Position numbers and translations under genes: made by a program. A stretch of DNA of 64,000 bases from assembly GCF_004010195.1 (NCBI RefSeq), contig NC_057719.1:34907537-34971536 (forward strand), in the 5' to 3' direction. Source of the stretch: Chiloscyllium plagiosum (Eukaryota). Below the pieces are notes generated by a model, which saw only the letters and a program-made list of their open reading frames with translations, made no database searches and was not told the DNA's origin. Shown here one piece after another: positions 36,801 through 50,770 of the stretch (position 1 is the stretch's first letter; each line of letters opens with the position of its first letter).

Positions 36801-36913
36801 AATTACCATTAAAGGAGTACGTCCACAGGGTCGTTCATGGCACACTCTGACTCCTGTGACAGATGATCAGCTTTTCCTTTTTGGAGGATTAAGTGCAGAA
36901 AGTCAACCTCTTA
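36801..36913 (+). CDS. klhdc1: KLHDC1 exon (probably 9)
   Basis: tag|..|gtaagt; ITIKGVRPQGRSWHTLTPVTDDQLFLFGGLSAESQPL. Confidence 0.95.
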
Positions 36914-37599
36914 GTAAGTATGCACATTTGTTTTCCTTTGTACAGAAGATATAACTATAGCCACACCCTTTTTTCTTGGAAAAGTGTTGTTGGCTACATT
37001 TCTTTTTCTCCATTTTCATTTTCTCTTTTAAGCTACACTTCTATTGCAGTGACAGCCCAACCAAGTCTAAAATCCCCTTAAGTCTTTTTCCCTCTCCCTG
37101 CAATCCCTGATATATCCCCAACCCTCATTCTCCCCTCTCCATGATCCTACTTTCCACAGTGCTGATAGCTCCTCTTTTTCCTCTCTGCCTACTTTGTAAT
37201 GTCTTAGTTCTGTACTCAAACTTTGTTCCACAGTTATCCTTGATCTCCCAACTCTTAACTTTGGGGCTCAGACCAATCTACTCTCAGTTGTTCGTAGATG
37301 GTATTGCTTATTTTATGTGGATGCATCATAAATTGGGGAGGGTTACAGCACTGCTCGGAAAATATATTGTACTGAAATACCCTCGGCCATTCATTCCTGG
37401 AGAACTTTGGACAACCCTGTCAGTCCATCATTTTGAAGCTTAGAGCATTGAGATGGATTAGAGAGACTGCTGATGATTTGTGACAAGAAATGTAAGGAGC
37501 CCTCTTAACGTGATTTTAAAAAGCATATTGCATGTTTGTGCAAAACAAGTGTCTGTTATTAATATTCTTGGATAAATAATAAAGCTTGTACTTAGATAT

Positions 37600-38720
37600 A
37601 CAGCATAGAAACAGGCCTTTTGGCCCAACCATTTGATATACATTTTATTCAAGTCTCCTTTCTTATTTAAAATTATAGTCATAACCATTTAGTCCTTTCT
37701 TCTTCATGCTTGCCTAGTTTTCCCTTGAATGCTTCAATACTATTTGCTTAAAACACCACCTGTTGTCACGAGTTCTACATTGTTACCACCCTTGATGAAT
37801 TCCGTATTGGATTTCTTAATGATTATCTTGTATTGACAAGTGGAAATATTCTCTCTGTATCCACTCCATCAAACCATTCATCATTTTTAAAAACCTCTCA
37901 ATCTTTTCCTAAGAAGGAACAAAAGTATCCCACTCAGCCCTTTGAGCCTGCTCTGCCATTTAATAAGATCGTGGCTGATCCAATCTTAACCTCCAGCCTA
38001 TATTACTGTATACTGTCAGTAATCTTTAATCCCATTAGAAATAAAGAATCTATTTACCTCCCCTGAGCAAGGGAATTCTAGAGACTGTCAACATTCTGAG
38101 AGAAAACAAAATCTTTATCTCTGTCCAAATGGGTGACAACTTACTTTTAAACTGTGACCCTCCAGTTCCAGATTCTTCCATAGGAGAAAACATCCTTTGC
38201 AGTCAAATCCCCTCAGGATGTTATATGTTTCAATTAAATTCCCTCTCTTCTAAATTTCAGAGGATACAAGGGTAGACTATCGAGCCTTTCCTCAAGGAGG
38301 TCCACTCATTCAGATATTAGTCTGGTAAACCTGCTCTGAACTGCTTCCAACAGATTAACGTGCTTCCATTAGTACATTGATCACTGCAGATGTGGTCTCA
38401 CCAATGTCCTTTAAAACTGAAGTGTAACCCCTCTATTTTTGCATTCAGTTTCCCTCATAATAAAACCTAACATTCCACTAGCTTTCCTGATTACTTGCTG
38501 TACCTGCGCACTAACCTTCTGTGATTCATGCATTAAGACACCCACATTTCTCTGTACCTCAGAGGTCTACAACTTGTCACCATATGGATAATCACTTTTT
38601 TAATCTTTGGTTCAGATGCCCAATCTTTCGATCTTTTCCAGATATGCATACCCAATCATTTACTTGTAAATCTTCATTATATCTATATATGGTGACCAGA
38701 ACTGTATGAAATAAGGGAAG
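37600..38720 (-). mobile_element. Old CR1-type fragments
   Basis: Reverse complement of CR1 ORF2 C-terminal and 3' tail motifs. Confidence 0.6.
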
Positions 38721-40271
38721 TCCTCACTTAAAGTAATGGTTGCCTTCATGAAAATCACAACTTTGTGAAACATTCTTAATTGAAGCATTTTTTTTCCCAT
38801 GGGGATCAATATTAAAGCAGTAAGTTACATTTCTATGGACATGTTTGCTTGAGGGTAAAAAAATATACAGGTTGAAACATCATATTGCACATGTGTAAAT
38901 TGCATATTCCAGCTGAAGTAACTTTCAAAGTAAACTAAATCACTAAATATAAAAGTAACACTGCCATTCGGTACTTATGGATTTTTCCCAGCAAACCACA
39001 AATTGTAGGCATTTAGAAAAGTACACCATTTCAATCAGGAACAAAGTAACCTTTAAAAAGCAAAGAAATATGGTGTAACCTATTTACCAGTAATGTGAAA
39101 ATTAAATTCGCCTGAAGTTTTAATCGAGTAAGTTTCATCTTGTGGCAGAAATTGGTCAGAACTGCCTACTAGCGAAGAGAGGTTATTGACAGGAGCAAGG
39201 GCAGAGGGGCTGATTGTGAAAGGAAAAACATCGGCAATTTTTTTGAGAACAGGCATGCTACACTCTAAGGCAATAAGAAATAATATTGAACTGAAATTCA
39301 ACATTTTTCCAAGAGGTGACCAGGTTGTAGATGAGGGCAGTGCATTTGACGTAGTCTACTTGGATATCAGCAAGGCTTTTGAGAAGGTCCTGCTTCGGAG
39401 ACCGATAGCAAAGGTAAGAACCCATGGGATCTGAGGAAATTTGGCTAATTGGATGCAAAATTGCTGAGTAGCTGGAAGCAGAGGTGATTGTTGAGGTTGA
39501 TTTTGTGACTGGAAGTCTGTGTCCAGTGAGTTTCTGTAGGGTCATTTTGGGCCTTTACTATTTGTGGTATAAAAGATTTAGACCAGAATGTACGAGAGTT
39601 GATCAGTAAATTCTCAAAGTAGGAAAATTGATAGGGCAGTAAATAGGAACCAGCCTTAGGTTACAGGAGGATATAGACAATCTGATCATATGGACTGATC
39701 AGTCGCAAATAGAATTCAATCCAGGTAAGTGTGAGGTGATGTACTTGGGCAGGACAGACATGGCAAGGGAATACATGATGAACAGTAGGACCCTAGGAAG
39801 CGCTGAGGATCAGAGGGACCTTGTGCTTGTCCACTTGTCATTTAAGGTAGCAGGACAGGTAGATAAAATGGTTAAGGAGGCACATGGGATTCTTATCTTC
39901 ATTAGCTGAGACATAGAGTTTAAGATCAAGGGGGTGTTGCTGAAAACTGCATAGAGTATTGTGTGCTGTTCTATAATGTGGATTCCAGGAAGGATTTGAT
40001 AGTGAGTTTTAATTGTGAAGAGAATTGGATAGACTGGGATTAGTTTCCTTAGAACAGAGGAGACTGATGGAGGAAACGTGGTTGAGCTATATAAAGTTAT
40101 GAGGCTTAGACAAAGTATATAGGAAGGAATCTTTTCCCTTTGGTGGAGAGGTCCAATAACCAGGGGACATAGATTTAAGGTAAAGTGCAAGACATTTAGA
40201 GGGGATGTGAGAAAACTTATTTTCAGTCAAATGGTGATGGAAATCTGGAACACACTAAGGGTAATGCAAAT

Positions 40272-40558
40272 GGCATGATGGCTCAGTAGTTAGCACTGTT
40301 ATTTCACAGCACCAGGGACCTGGGTCCGATTCCATCGTTGTGCAACTGTATGGTGTTTACACATTTTCCCTTTGTCTGCATGGGTTTCTTCCAAGTGCTC
40401 TGGTTTCCTCCCACAGTCCAAAGATGTGCAGTTTTGGTGGATTGGCCATGGGAAATGCAGGATAACAGGAATAGGGTAGGGTGTGGGCCTGAGTGGGATA
40501 CTCTTCAGAGGGCCAATATGGACATGATGGAATCTTCCACACTGAAGATTCTATTCTA
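40272..40558 (+). mobile_element. HE1-type SINE, diverged
   Basis: A/B box and V-domain similarity to the other copies. Confidence 0.75.
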
Positions 40559-40620
40559 GAAGCAGAAACTCTCATAACATTTAAGTATTTAGATGTGCAC
40601 TTGTGATGCCAAGATAAAGT

Positions 40621-40947
40621 GGGCAGCACGGTGGCACAGTGGTTAGCACTGTTGCCTCATAGCAGCAGGGTCCCAGGTTCAATTCCAGCCTTGGACAACT
40701 GTCTGTGTGGAGTTTGCACATTCTCCCCTTGTCTATGTGGGTTTCCTCCGGGTGCTCCGGTTTCCTCCCACAGTCCAAAAGTGTGCAGGTTAGGTGAATT
40801 GGCCATGCTAAATTGCCCATAGTGTTAGATGAAGGGGTAAATGTAGGGGAATGGGTCTGGGTGGGTTGCACTTCGGCGGTCGGTGTGGACTTGTTGGGCC
40901 GAAGGGCCTGTTTCCACACTGTAAGTAATCTAAGTAGTCTAATCTAA
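40621..40947 (+). mobile_element. HE1-type V-SINE, full length
   Basis: tRNA-like head, V domain, GGGCCGAAGGGCCTGTTTCC and (AATCT)n tail. Confidence 0.9.
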
Positions 40948-42324
40948 ACAAGGCTATTGGCTAAGGGCTGGAAAATGGGTTTGGAATAGTTAGGTGGATG
41001 TTTTTGACTAGTGCAGACTTGATGCAGACAATCCCCTCTCCTCCATCTCTGGACTTGACCGGAGCCTTTCCCTGACCGCCAGACCTTCCACACACCCTGA
41101 ACCTACCCTCAGCAGCTCCATCACTTGCCTGGCCCTCTTGTCTCCCACCTGGTACCTTACATACCTGTCAACCTATCTACCTGATACTCTACTTATTTAG
41201 CTTATATGGCACTGTAAACTCTCACCTAAAGCATGTACTTACCCTTTCACAGGAGCTGACAAAGTTAATGTCTGTGATGCTCGACTTTTAAATCACAGAA
41301 TATGGTAACTGGTTGGTGTAGTTTGTCTTCTCCTGACTGTACTGCAGTACAAGGAGTTTCTCAGAATGAAATTATAACTTCATGTTTCTGAAAAAGCCCC
41401 AATCAGAATCTCCTGTTAGAAATGCACAACTCTCTCATCATCTAAAAAAGGAGCAAAATGTCAATAATCATGTGATTACCATTCCTCAGACAATCCAGCC
41501 CAAAGCTAATGTAAACATGTACATGTTAGGAAACTTACTAGCATTAAGCTAATTACCTTTTATATGTTATTAAAATTTTTACAATGTATGAAGAAAATTA
41601 GAAATCTCATTCAGAAATTCAAATGAAGTATGAGAAAAAAATCTCTTTGGAGAGTAGCATTTATTACTGTGTTGTCAGTTGCTGCATGATTTTCTGTTTA
41701 AGAATAAGACTGAAAATTATATGGATTTATGAACCATTAGATAAACAGTATTTGAAATGTAGTGGACCAGTTCTGGAATGATGGGATCTATAGAAAGCAG
41801 CTGATCGGCATTTAATAGAGTAGGTAAAATGGTTCTGATATTTAGGTTTGTTCAGTTTTCCATGAGTCAGCCACATGCTTTCTAGAGTTTTACATTGAGC
41901 TTGGTTGCCTTCTTTGCTAGAAAATGGACCCCCACAGAACAATTAGTCAGTGGAGAGAGCAACTTCTAGATAGGCAAGAGTTATTTCTGTACTATGAAAT
42001 GGCACTCATGAAGTAATGGTTTATTAGGTTTTTATGTATGAAACTTTTTTGTATTTAATAACAAGTTGCTGATTTGTATTTTGTAAACACCACCTGATTT
42101 GAGCAATTCAGTTGATTTTACAGTTGTGTGTTAGTTGGTAGCTGTCTTTGCCCTAGGATATGGGATTTCAGGACTAGGGGTGACATTTTTAAGGTGAGAG
42201 GAGAAAGAATTAAAAAAGACCATGAGGGGCAATTTTTTTATACAGGGTGGTTCGCATGTGGAATGGACTTCCTGAGGAAGTGATGGATCTGGGTATAATT
42301 ACAATGTTTAAAAGAGGCAATACA

Positions 42325-42638
42325 AGATTAAATTAGATTACTTATAGTGTGGAAACAGGCCCTTTAGCCCAACAAGTCCACACCGATGCGCAACCCACCC
42401 AGACCCATTCCCCTACATTTACCCCTGCCCCTAACACTATGGGCAATTTAATATGGCCAATTCACCTAACCTGCACATTTTTGGACTGTGGGAGAAAACC
42501 GGAGCACCCGGAGGAAACACATGCAGACACGGGGAGAATGTGCAAACTCCACACAGTCAGTCGCCTGAGGTGGGAATTGAACCTGGGTCCCTGGCGCTGT
42601 GAGACAGCAGTGCTAGCCACTTTGCCACTGTGCCGCCC
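42325..42638 (-). mobile_element. HE1-type V-SINE
   Basis: Same family as 27701-28014. Confidence 0.88.
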
Positions 42639-43735
42639 ACACATTTAACTTAAAGATGTTTAACTTAACCTTCTAAGAGAATATATCTGTCGATTTTAGT
42701 GCAACATATGATGTCCAGCACATTCAACTGACCATTCAACCCATCCAATCCAGTCACCATTTATCCTTCAGTCAAACCTTCTCTCATTCTTCCTTACCTA
42801 GCTTATTCGTGTAACCATGTAATCCCTTCTACCTTGTATGCAAATGTAGCTTTCCTGAAAACTGTTCTTTTCATCCTTTTCCTGATGAGTATAAACTTGC
42901 ACCGTTGCACATTATTTATGATTGAATGGTCTGATCAGAAACTGATTATATGTACTACACAGATGTACACGCATACACACCCCCACTCTGCAGCCATAAC
43001 ATCCTTGTTGTGGAGGAAGACCCATCTCCTGCAGCTGTCCCCTATTCGTATTCCAACTTCAGTCCATGCAGCACCAGAGCTTTGGTAGTTGGCACTGCCA
43101 GGATTGTGTAGGTGGGCCCATGAAGGAGGCCTGATGGATCCTGGGGTGAGTAATTCACAGGTATTGGGCCTGGAGCCTTTCTCCACCTGAGGGAGGGATG
43201 AGTAGGAAGAAAGGAGGAGTGCTGTTGTCTTGGGGAAATCCCCAGTGGTGTACGCTGCCCTCCAAAGATGGTAAGATAGTACCCTTCATACCTTCATGCT
43301 GTTTTTGATAAGTGTTGGTCACTCTTGCCTGACTGTCCATGCAAACCATTTTATGGTGTACGTAGGATAATACTAGGATCAGTGATCTTTCAACAAGCTT
43401 AATTGAATTGTAATTGTTTATGTGCAGTGTGCTGACACTGATTTTTGCAGCCGCTTACCCTCCATCATATTCAGCAGCTTGTTCTAAGGTGAGCTTGTGG
43501 ATAGGTGGGAAGGTGGTGGACACAACACCATTGTGTGCTCCTCTACCAAAGGTACACCTGAAGAAGAATAAATATTCAACCCTTTAATTGTATGTAAAAT
43601 ATAATTCTCAGTTGAACAATAACCATTGCACCGGAATGTAGGTAATCTATCATTATTCCAGTTACAGTTATAAATTATTAATAGCAGTGATGACTTCAGC
43701 TTTAAGTCAGAAGTAACGCTCCTTATTTCTTCCAG

Positions 43736-43808
43736 GTGATGCATGGATTTACAATGTTGGAGCTGCAGAATGGAGGCAATTAGAACACTGCCCTAGAAAT
43801 AGACCAAG
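43736..43808 (+). CDS. klhdc1: KLHDC1 exon (probably 10)
   Basis: ttcttccag|..|gtaaaa; DAWIYNVGAAEWRQLEHCPRNRP. Confidence 0.93.
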
Positions 43809-46800
43809 GTAAAAACAAGCCGCTTAGAGTTTCTACTGAAGAATATAACATTGTTTATACTGCACATAAACAATATTCAGTATCTTCTATTATTTAATAA
43901 GATTTTCTCGGATTTAGCCATATTTCAATATTTAGGCAGTGGACAGGTACAAGACGACAATGAAGGTAACATTTATGTCAATTTATATATATGTTGTAAC
44001 AAGTGGGCAATTTTATTTATATCCTCAATCATCTGCAGAATCTCTAACACTAAAGGTGCACTGACCAGTTCTAAATTGTTTGAAGTACAGAATCAGTTTT
44101 TAAATAAGAATTATAATAATTTAACTGTAACCTAATTTGGGAAAAAAGCCTAATTAAAAAATAAATTAATTTGGAAAAGAAACTATAGAGATACTGCTAA
44201 TATAAAACAACAAATCTAATTAGAGTACTAATATGTGATGCTGCACTATTTAACTTGCACCTGCAATTATCTGCAAGTTCATAATTTCTGTGTCATTTTA
44301 GAATTCGGTGAAAAATGGCTTGTTACTTCCCCACAGGGAAGAATTGAAAATAGGAAGGTTTTTACCTCCACCTGCACTTACAACAATTACAGAAGTCTGT
44401 TCCAGACTATATTGTCCTATTTTGGAAAAAATCAGTTACTAGGTGCTGAGGTAGGTGATGCAAGAAAACCAAATGTATATACTCCTAAGAATTATGCTCA
44501 ACATTTGCTTCAGAATCCTGTTTCATTAATATTATTAATTAAACTGCAAGTTTAAAAAGCTTCCTTAGCAGAAACATAATTACTTGAAATAGTTGAGGAA
44601 AAAGTGCAACAAAGATAATTTTTAAACCGTAAAATATGTCAAATGATAGATGCATCCAACTCCGATAGGTCAGAAAAAACTATCTTTTCTGGAACTGAAA
44701 AAATACAGGATTAGTCTAAATTTGTGGTTTTCTAAATTTATGGATGGTTTATAAAGAATAAGGGGAGATGATCAGTGCCCCTTTCAGGTGCTAGACTAAT
44801 GTCAGATATTCTTTTAAAGAAAATAAGGCAAGAGCAAAAGTAAAATGAACATGTTCAATTTAAATCAATTTAGCTTCAGGCTTTTTTCAATGAATTAATT
44901 TTGATTTAATTTCACTTTCTTTAATCCAACTTTTTTTCATTTGAGATTAATCAGTTAACCACTATTTTGACTAACTCACTTGCAGCATTTATCAGATTCC
45001 TTGCTGTGATACTGTGATTGGGTGTCTGGACACAGTCTGTATTTTCTTCTGTGTGTCTCACACTGAAGTCCATCTCATACTTGTGTGAAGAAATAGTGAG
45101 CAAATGCTTCCCACAGAAGAAAAGAAATCTGAATGAGATTCGTTATCCAACTATGATTGCATGCTTTACAAATTTTTCATGGTAACATTGGTTGAGCCTT
45201 AGAACAAGCTGCTGAATTTCCCTTTGTTAGAAGCCATGCATGATTGATTTTTGACTGAATTCGTGGAATAAATAGAGGAATTTCTGCAAAATTTGCATTT
45301 TGTTTTGACTAGACGGTTATTTTTGTTTCCGTTATCCATTTACTAATCCATTAATCTGTTGTTTCTAATTTTAAAACACTTAATCTGAGGATAAAAAAAT
45401 TGAAGCATATTTCTCGCATCAGAAACAACTTTCCTAAAGTAGAGAAATTTGAAGTAATGCAAATTTCCTCTTTATACAAGGAATTCAACATTTAGTCATA
45501 ATCCCTAAATGTCCAAACAGCATCTGTTTATTTTGTTTAGAAAATCAATATGGGAAAAGTTATCATTGCATTAAAAATATTGTTTTTAAGAAGTATTAAT
45601 TTGCATTAATTTAGAAATATATTTATTTTGGTGTTAAATGCGAGAGATAATGCTATTTGACCTTTTTACGTCATTGGAACAAAAGAAATGTAGCATTTCT
45701 CCCAGTACTGCTTTTACATTTCCCTCCCATCTGCCAACTACAGTTCAGATTAGACTGCATGAGCTGCTTTAGTACTGAAGAAGATGATATAGTTTTGTAG
45801 TTGGTCATGTATATAGTGAAACATTTTTGTCAACGTTTGCTACATGATAATGTTAAATGAAATTTCAGATTATAATGTTTTTCAATGCTAAAAATCAGTT
45901 AACTTAGCAACCAGTTACAAATCTACTTCATCTTTGAGTTAGGAGCAGCAAAAGTGATTGAGGAGATTTTCACGATATTACTAGAAACATTTGAAGGAAC
46001 CAAAGTTACTACATGTTATTTTAATATATTAATATATCGCAAATACTTATAAAACATATATAAATTAAATAATGATCAGGGCATGAGTTTGAAGCTGAAT
46101 GCCTTCACAATAATTCCTTAATCTTGATGAAAATTTTTGATTCCTGTTTTACTTTTATATAACGACCTGAATAATCTATTAATGGGAGAATGACTGTTTC
46201 TGTACAATCATCCACTAGTAAGCTTATATGAATAGGTATCTTGAAATGTTCAATTTCTGAGAATACCATTTCATTTTAGCAGTTAATTATGTATCATCTT
46301 AACAAAAGCACATTCTCCCATTTTCCAATCAGAGGAATTTATTTATGCAGAATGATATAGTAGATTAAGAACATGTCAAAAACATCCAAATGCTTAATAC
46401 TGGTGCAAAATGCATGCTTTAAATTAATTTGCGAGTATGAAAGAAAAGCCTGATTTTGCCCTGAAAAATTTGCATTAAATAGTTGTTTGCAGATTGGGTG
46501 CTTAAATTAGAGCAGTACTTGATGAACTGTACATATTTCTGCAGTATGATTTTTGTATCTTTATAAACGTTGATACAGGGTGTTGTTTGCTTTGATAGTT
46601 TTAATAATTACTTTTGTATGTACTGTACTGTTGAGTATTTTTACATTGTGGTTTGGCTTTTATTAAAAATTCCCGTCTTATTATATGAATGAATAATTGC
46701 AACGTTCTGTAATAGAATTTATACTAGGTACAGCAGTGACATTTTGCACCGTTTTAGATTAGCAGCTACCAAGCGTAATAGAGCACTGTTACAGTCTGTA

Positions 46801-47173
46801 CAAAAAAAAACATCAGGTTGCAAGCTAGGATTTCAACAAGCTCGAGTCAGGAAAGTCTACTCCAGTTCTACGATGAAGCAGACCAGGCAGGAGTTTACCA
46901 GCAGCAAGTCATGAGACAAAGGTTTTGATGAGGTGAGGAAAGCAAAGGCAGATGCAGAGTGCAGGGCAAGGAAATGTAGACTGCTTCGTAGATCACTACA
47001 AGGTGGGAAAAATTATAATAGTAAATATGTGTAGTTAATGTAGGGTGATTGTTGTAGCAGATCAGTTAAGTGCACTGCATGCTTTCGGATTATATTACAT
47101 GGTTATATTGCTTAGATTACTTTACATTGCCAGATTATCAGAAAAAATGAATTGTACAGGCTTCACTAGATCT

Positions 47174-47337
47174 TATAAAAACCAAAAGAACTGCGGATGC
47201 TGGAAATCAGATCAAAAACAAAATTGCTGGAAAAGCTCAGCAGATCTGGCAGCATCTATGGAGAGGAATAAGAATTAATGTTTCAGGTCCAGTGATCCTT
47301 CCTCAGAACTGAGCATTTCCAGCAATTTCTGTTTTTG
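47174..47337 (-). mobile_element. Penelope-derived short element with inverted end, decayed hammerhead and 11-bp TSD
   Basis: AGUU-CUGAGGA-AGGAUC(ACUG)GACCU-GAAACAUU-AAUU; TCACTAGATCT / TCACTTGATCT flanks. Confidence 0.65.
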
Positions 47338-49204
47338 TCACTTGATCTAGTTGAATATAGAAAGTTTCATATTGCTAGATTTAGTTTGTAATAAGAAAGG
47401 AATGTCGTAAATGTATCTTTCCCTTTTTAGAATCCTTAATTTAAAGCTTTATGTAAATATCAAAAATGTGTTTGAAAACAGTTGTTTTGGGAGTAAAGGT
47501 GTTAAAACTTGAATCTATTATATTATATATCCTCAGAATGCCAAATTCAGCTTTAGAATATTTAAAGTTGGACAATCATGTCACATGATTCAGACGGACG
47601 GGATTTTATTCTGTTTTACGTTACAACTGGAAAAATAGCCTGATTCGGTAGAACTACATTATTTGCTGATTCCTCACAAATTAAGGGCATGTTTTGTACT
47701 ATGATGGGGCAAATTTATATAAAATATCCTATAAAGGATTTTCCTTTCCACATAATTATTCTCATGTACAATTTGCTATTTTTGCTTTCCAGTTAAGAAG
47801 TATTGTTGTAGTAATGAATCAGTTCTTACTGGTTTTGCCATTTATCCTCGCCTTTGTAAATGTTTATTCTAAATCAGGTTTAAAATTTAGAATCTATTAG
47901 AAAGATCCTTTTGTTACAGCCGAGTTTGTTTTCTCCACTGTGATTCGTATAATAAAAACAGTTAAATTTCTGGGCAATATTGAAGAACCAAAACCTTTCA
48001 GTTCAGTAAAGTCATCCAATCTTGAAATAATGACATTTTTTTCCATATAAAAACAGCAGAATTTAGACAGGTACTGAACGTAGAACCTCCTTTTCTTAGT
48101 CTGTTTGTCATAATGGCATCATGTCTAAAGAGTTAACACGAGTTACCTTTTCGGAGAATTAAGTCTGCATCTACTTCACATGCTCACATGGAATTGATAA
48201 AAATCGCCTACAAGAACTTCCCAAGAATGCAAGTGTGGTCCACCAACTGATATTTGGTGCTAATATCTGAAGTGGTGTTGCTGTGTTGGATCTAATGTAC
48301 CAGTTCTAACAATACACAGTATTGGTTGGAGGCTATGGTTATAATCTCAAATTTTAAGGAACTTGCAGGAAAATAAACTTCTATTTGTAAGAGTAGTGTT
48401 GGTAACAGTTGCAGCCCAGTGTTACAAAGAGAACCGTGAAGAAAATGAATATGTGGGATCTATCATTAAAATTCTGAAACATATGTTCAGTTTTTCTGTT
48501 AAAACAACTCTCCGAAGCTATATTGTTAGGGAATAATTTGTTTTTTGAAAAAAGAAAATTACTGTTCCCGAATTTAATTTATTATTTTCTCCCTAATCTT
48601 CTGAAGTTCTAAGCTATCTAAATATTTCATTCTTTCAACAATATCAGCCTAGGCTGTAAAGGGTGTCTTAGGGAAGTTAGATCATGCCCTCATCCAAATC
48701 CACACACTGTTTTTCAGTGACTAAATGGTGACCAAAAGTGAAAACTGAGGCTGATTAATTTCACTCCCTAGGCAAGTGCTGAGGCCAGCTGGAGCACATT
48801 TGGTGTACCTATTAGAATTTTTAAAAAAACCTGATAGAGATATTCTGAGTTATAAATAAGCTCATTTTAATTTTGATCTTGTAAACTGATTTGCCTACTA
48901 CATTTATTCAAAGTGAGCATTACCATATTATCAAAATGGAATTTTGAAGGTCCTTATCGAGGTAAATGGGAACATGAGAGGCCATCAGGCTGCTTATAAA
49001 TTTAATTATTATGTACCACTTCAGTTATTACTTCTGTTGGTGTTCTGCAGGAAGCCTGTGTCTGAAAATTATTTTGGGTATGGTGGGTTAGAATACATTG
49101 AGAGAAATAGTTTAGATTCTAATTATTTTTCCTCTTCCCAAAGCTTCTTCTGTATGGCATGTTGTAATACCATTCTAATGGTGGACAGAATTTCTGCATT
49201 TACT

Positions 49205-49735
49205 CAGAGTCATACGGCACAGAAATAGACCAATTTGTCCATGCTGACCAAGTTTACCAAATTAAACTAGTCCTACTTGCCTGCATTTGACCCATCTCAC
49301 TCTAAACCTTTTCTATTCATGTACTTATCCAAATGCCTTTTAAATGTTGTAACTATACCTGAATCTACCATTGCTCCAGACAGCTCATTGCACAAACGAA
49401 CCGCGCTCTCTGAAAAAGTTGCGGCTCAGGTCCCTTTTAGATCCTCTCACCTTAAAAATATGCCCCATACTTTTGAACTTATCCATCCGAGGGAAAAGAT
49501 GTTTGTTATCCACCTTCCCAAAGTCCGTCAGCATTTTATAAACCTCTAAGATCACCCCTCAACTTCTATGCTTGTGAAAAAGATCCAAGCCTATCCTTTT
49601 AACTCACTCTCCAGGTACAGCAATACTGTGGTAAATCTTTTCTGAACCCTTTCCAATTTAATAATATCCTTCCTGTAACAGAGTAACCAGAACTGTACAC
49701 AGTACTCCAAAAATGGCCTCAACAACGTCCTCAAT
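49205..49735 (-). mobile_element. CR1 LINE 3' end
   Basis: RTLLRPFLEYCVQFW..IIKLERVQKRFT. Confidence 0.8.
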
Positions 49736-49949
49736 CTAATTATATCACCTTTCTGAAATATCAAAAAGTGTGAAACATTTTGATATGTCAATTTCAGGGG
49801 GAAAAATATCTTACAGCAGATATATTCATGAATACGGTTTAGTCCACTTGATTATTCACTTCATTAAAAAACTGAAAATGGTGTTACTAAATGAACATAA
49901 ACAAAAACAACTGACAAAGCTAGAAAGATGTTAAACTTTTTGATTGATC

Positions 49950-50770
49950 ATAAGATGTGGGAGCAGAAATAGGCCAATCAGCTTGAGCCATTAAATGAAA
50001 TCATGGCTGATCTGATAACCCTCAACTCCACTTTCCTGTCTTTTCTCCATAAGCATTCATTTCTTTATTGATTAAAAATTTGTCTATCTCAGCCTTGGAG
50101 ATACCACAGTTGGAGGATTGTGTGCAGTTTTGGTTTCTTTACCTAAGAAAGGATATACTTGCCACAGAGAATTCAGCAGAGTGTCACCCGGATGATAGTG
50201 GGGATGTTAGGACTGTCCTATGAGAAGAGATTGGGTTCTTTATTCACTAGAGTTTAGAAGCATGAAAGGGGAACTCTTAGACACTTCAAATTCTAACAAG
50301 GCTGGCAGGGACGATGATCCCCTTGTTGGACGTTGAGAATCAGAGATTCACGGTCTCAGGATATAGGGTAAGCCATTTTGAACTGAGATAAGGAAAACTT
50401 TCTTCTACAAAGGACAGTAACTTTGTGGAATTTTGCACTACATAAGATTGTGGGGGCCAATTCACTGAGTACATTCAAAAATAGATACATGTTTAGACCT
50501 TAAAGGCACCAAGAGGTATGAGGAGAATGTGGGAATATGGCATTGAGATGGATGATCAGCCATAATTGTATTAAATTAGCACAGCAGATTCATAGGGCCG
50601 AATGGCCTACTCCTGCTTCTAGTTTCTGTGTTCCTTTTTGCAACAAAGAATTCCACAGATTCACTATTCTCTGAGAGAAGAAATCGCTTTTCCTCATCTC
50701 TGTCTTAAATGGCTGACTGCTTATCTGAGACTATGCCTTCTGGACCTAGACTCATCCACAAGTTTGTTTC
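49950..50770. mobile_element. Nested CR1 3' fragments (+ copy ~50105-50630 inside a - copy)
   Basis: DCVQFW.PYLRKDI motif, GGGCCGAATGGCCTACTCCTGCT tail. Confidence 0.6.

Larger units (their letters stand above)
39310..41020 (+). mobile_element. CR1 LINE 3' part interrupted by two HE1 SINEs
   Basis: VDEGSAFDVVYLDISKAFEKV, FNPGKCEVMYLG, TRGHRFKV. Confidence 0.8.

Noticed and set aside
43687..43735. Box C/D snoRNA (GTGATGA)
   Set aside because: No box D or terminal stem before the exon acceptor.
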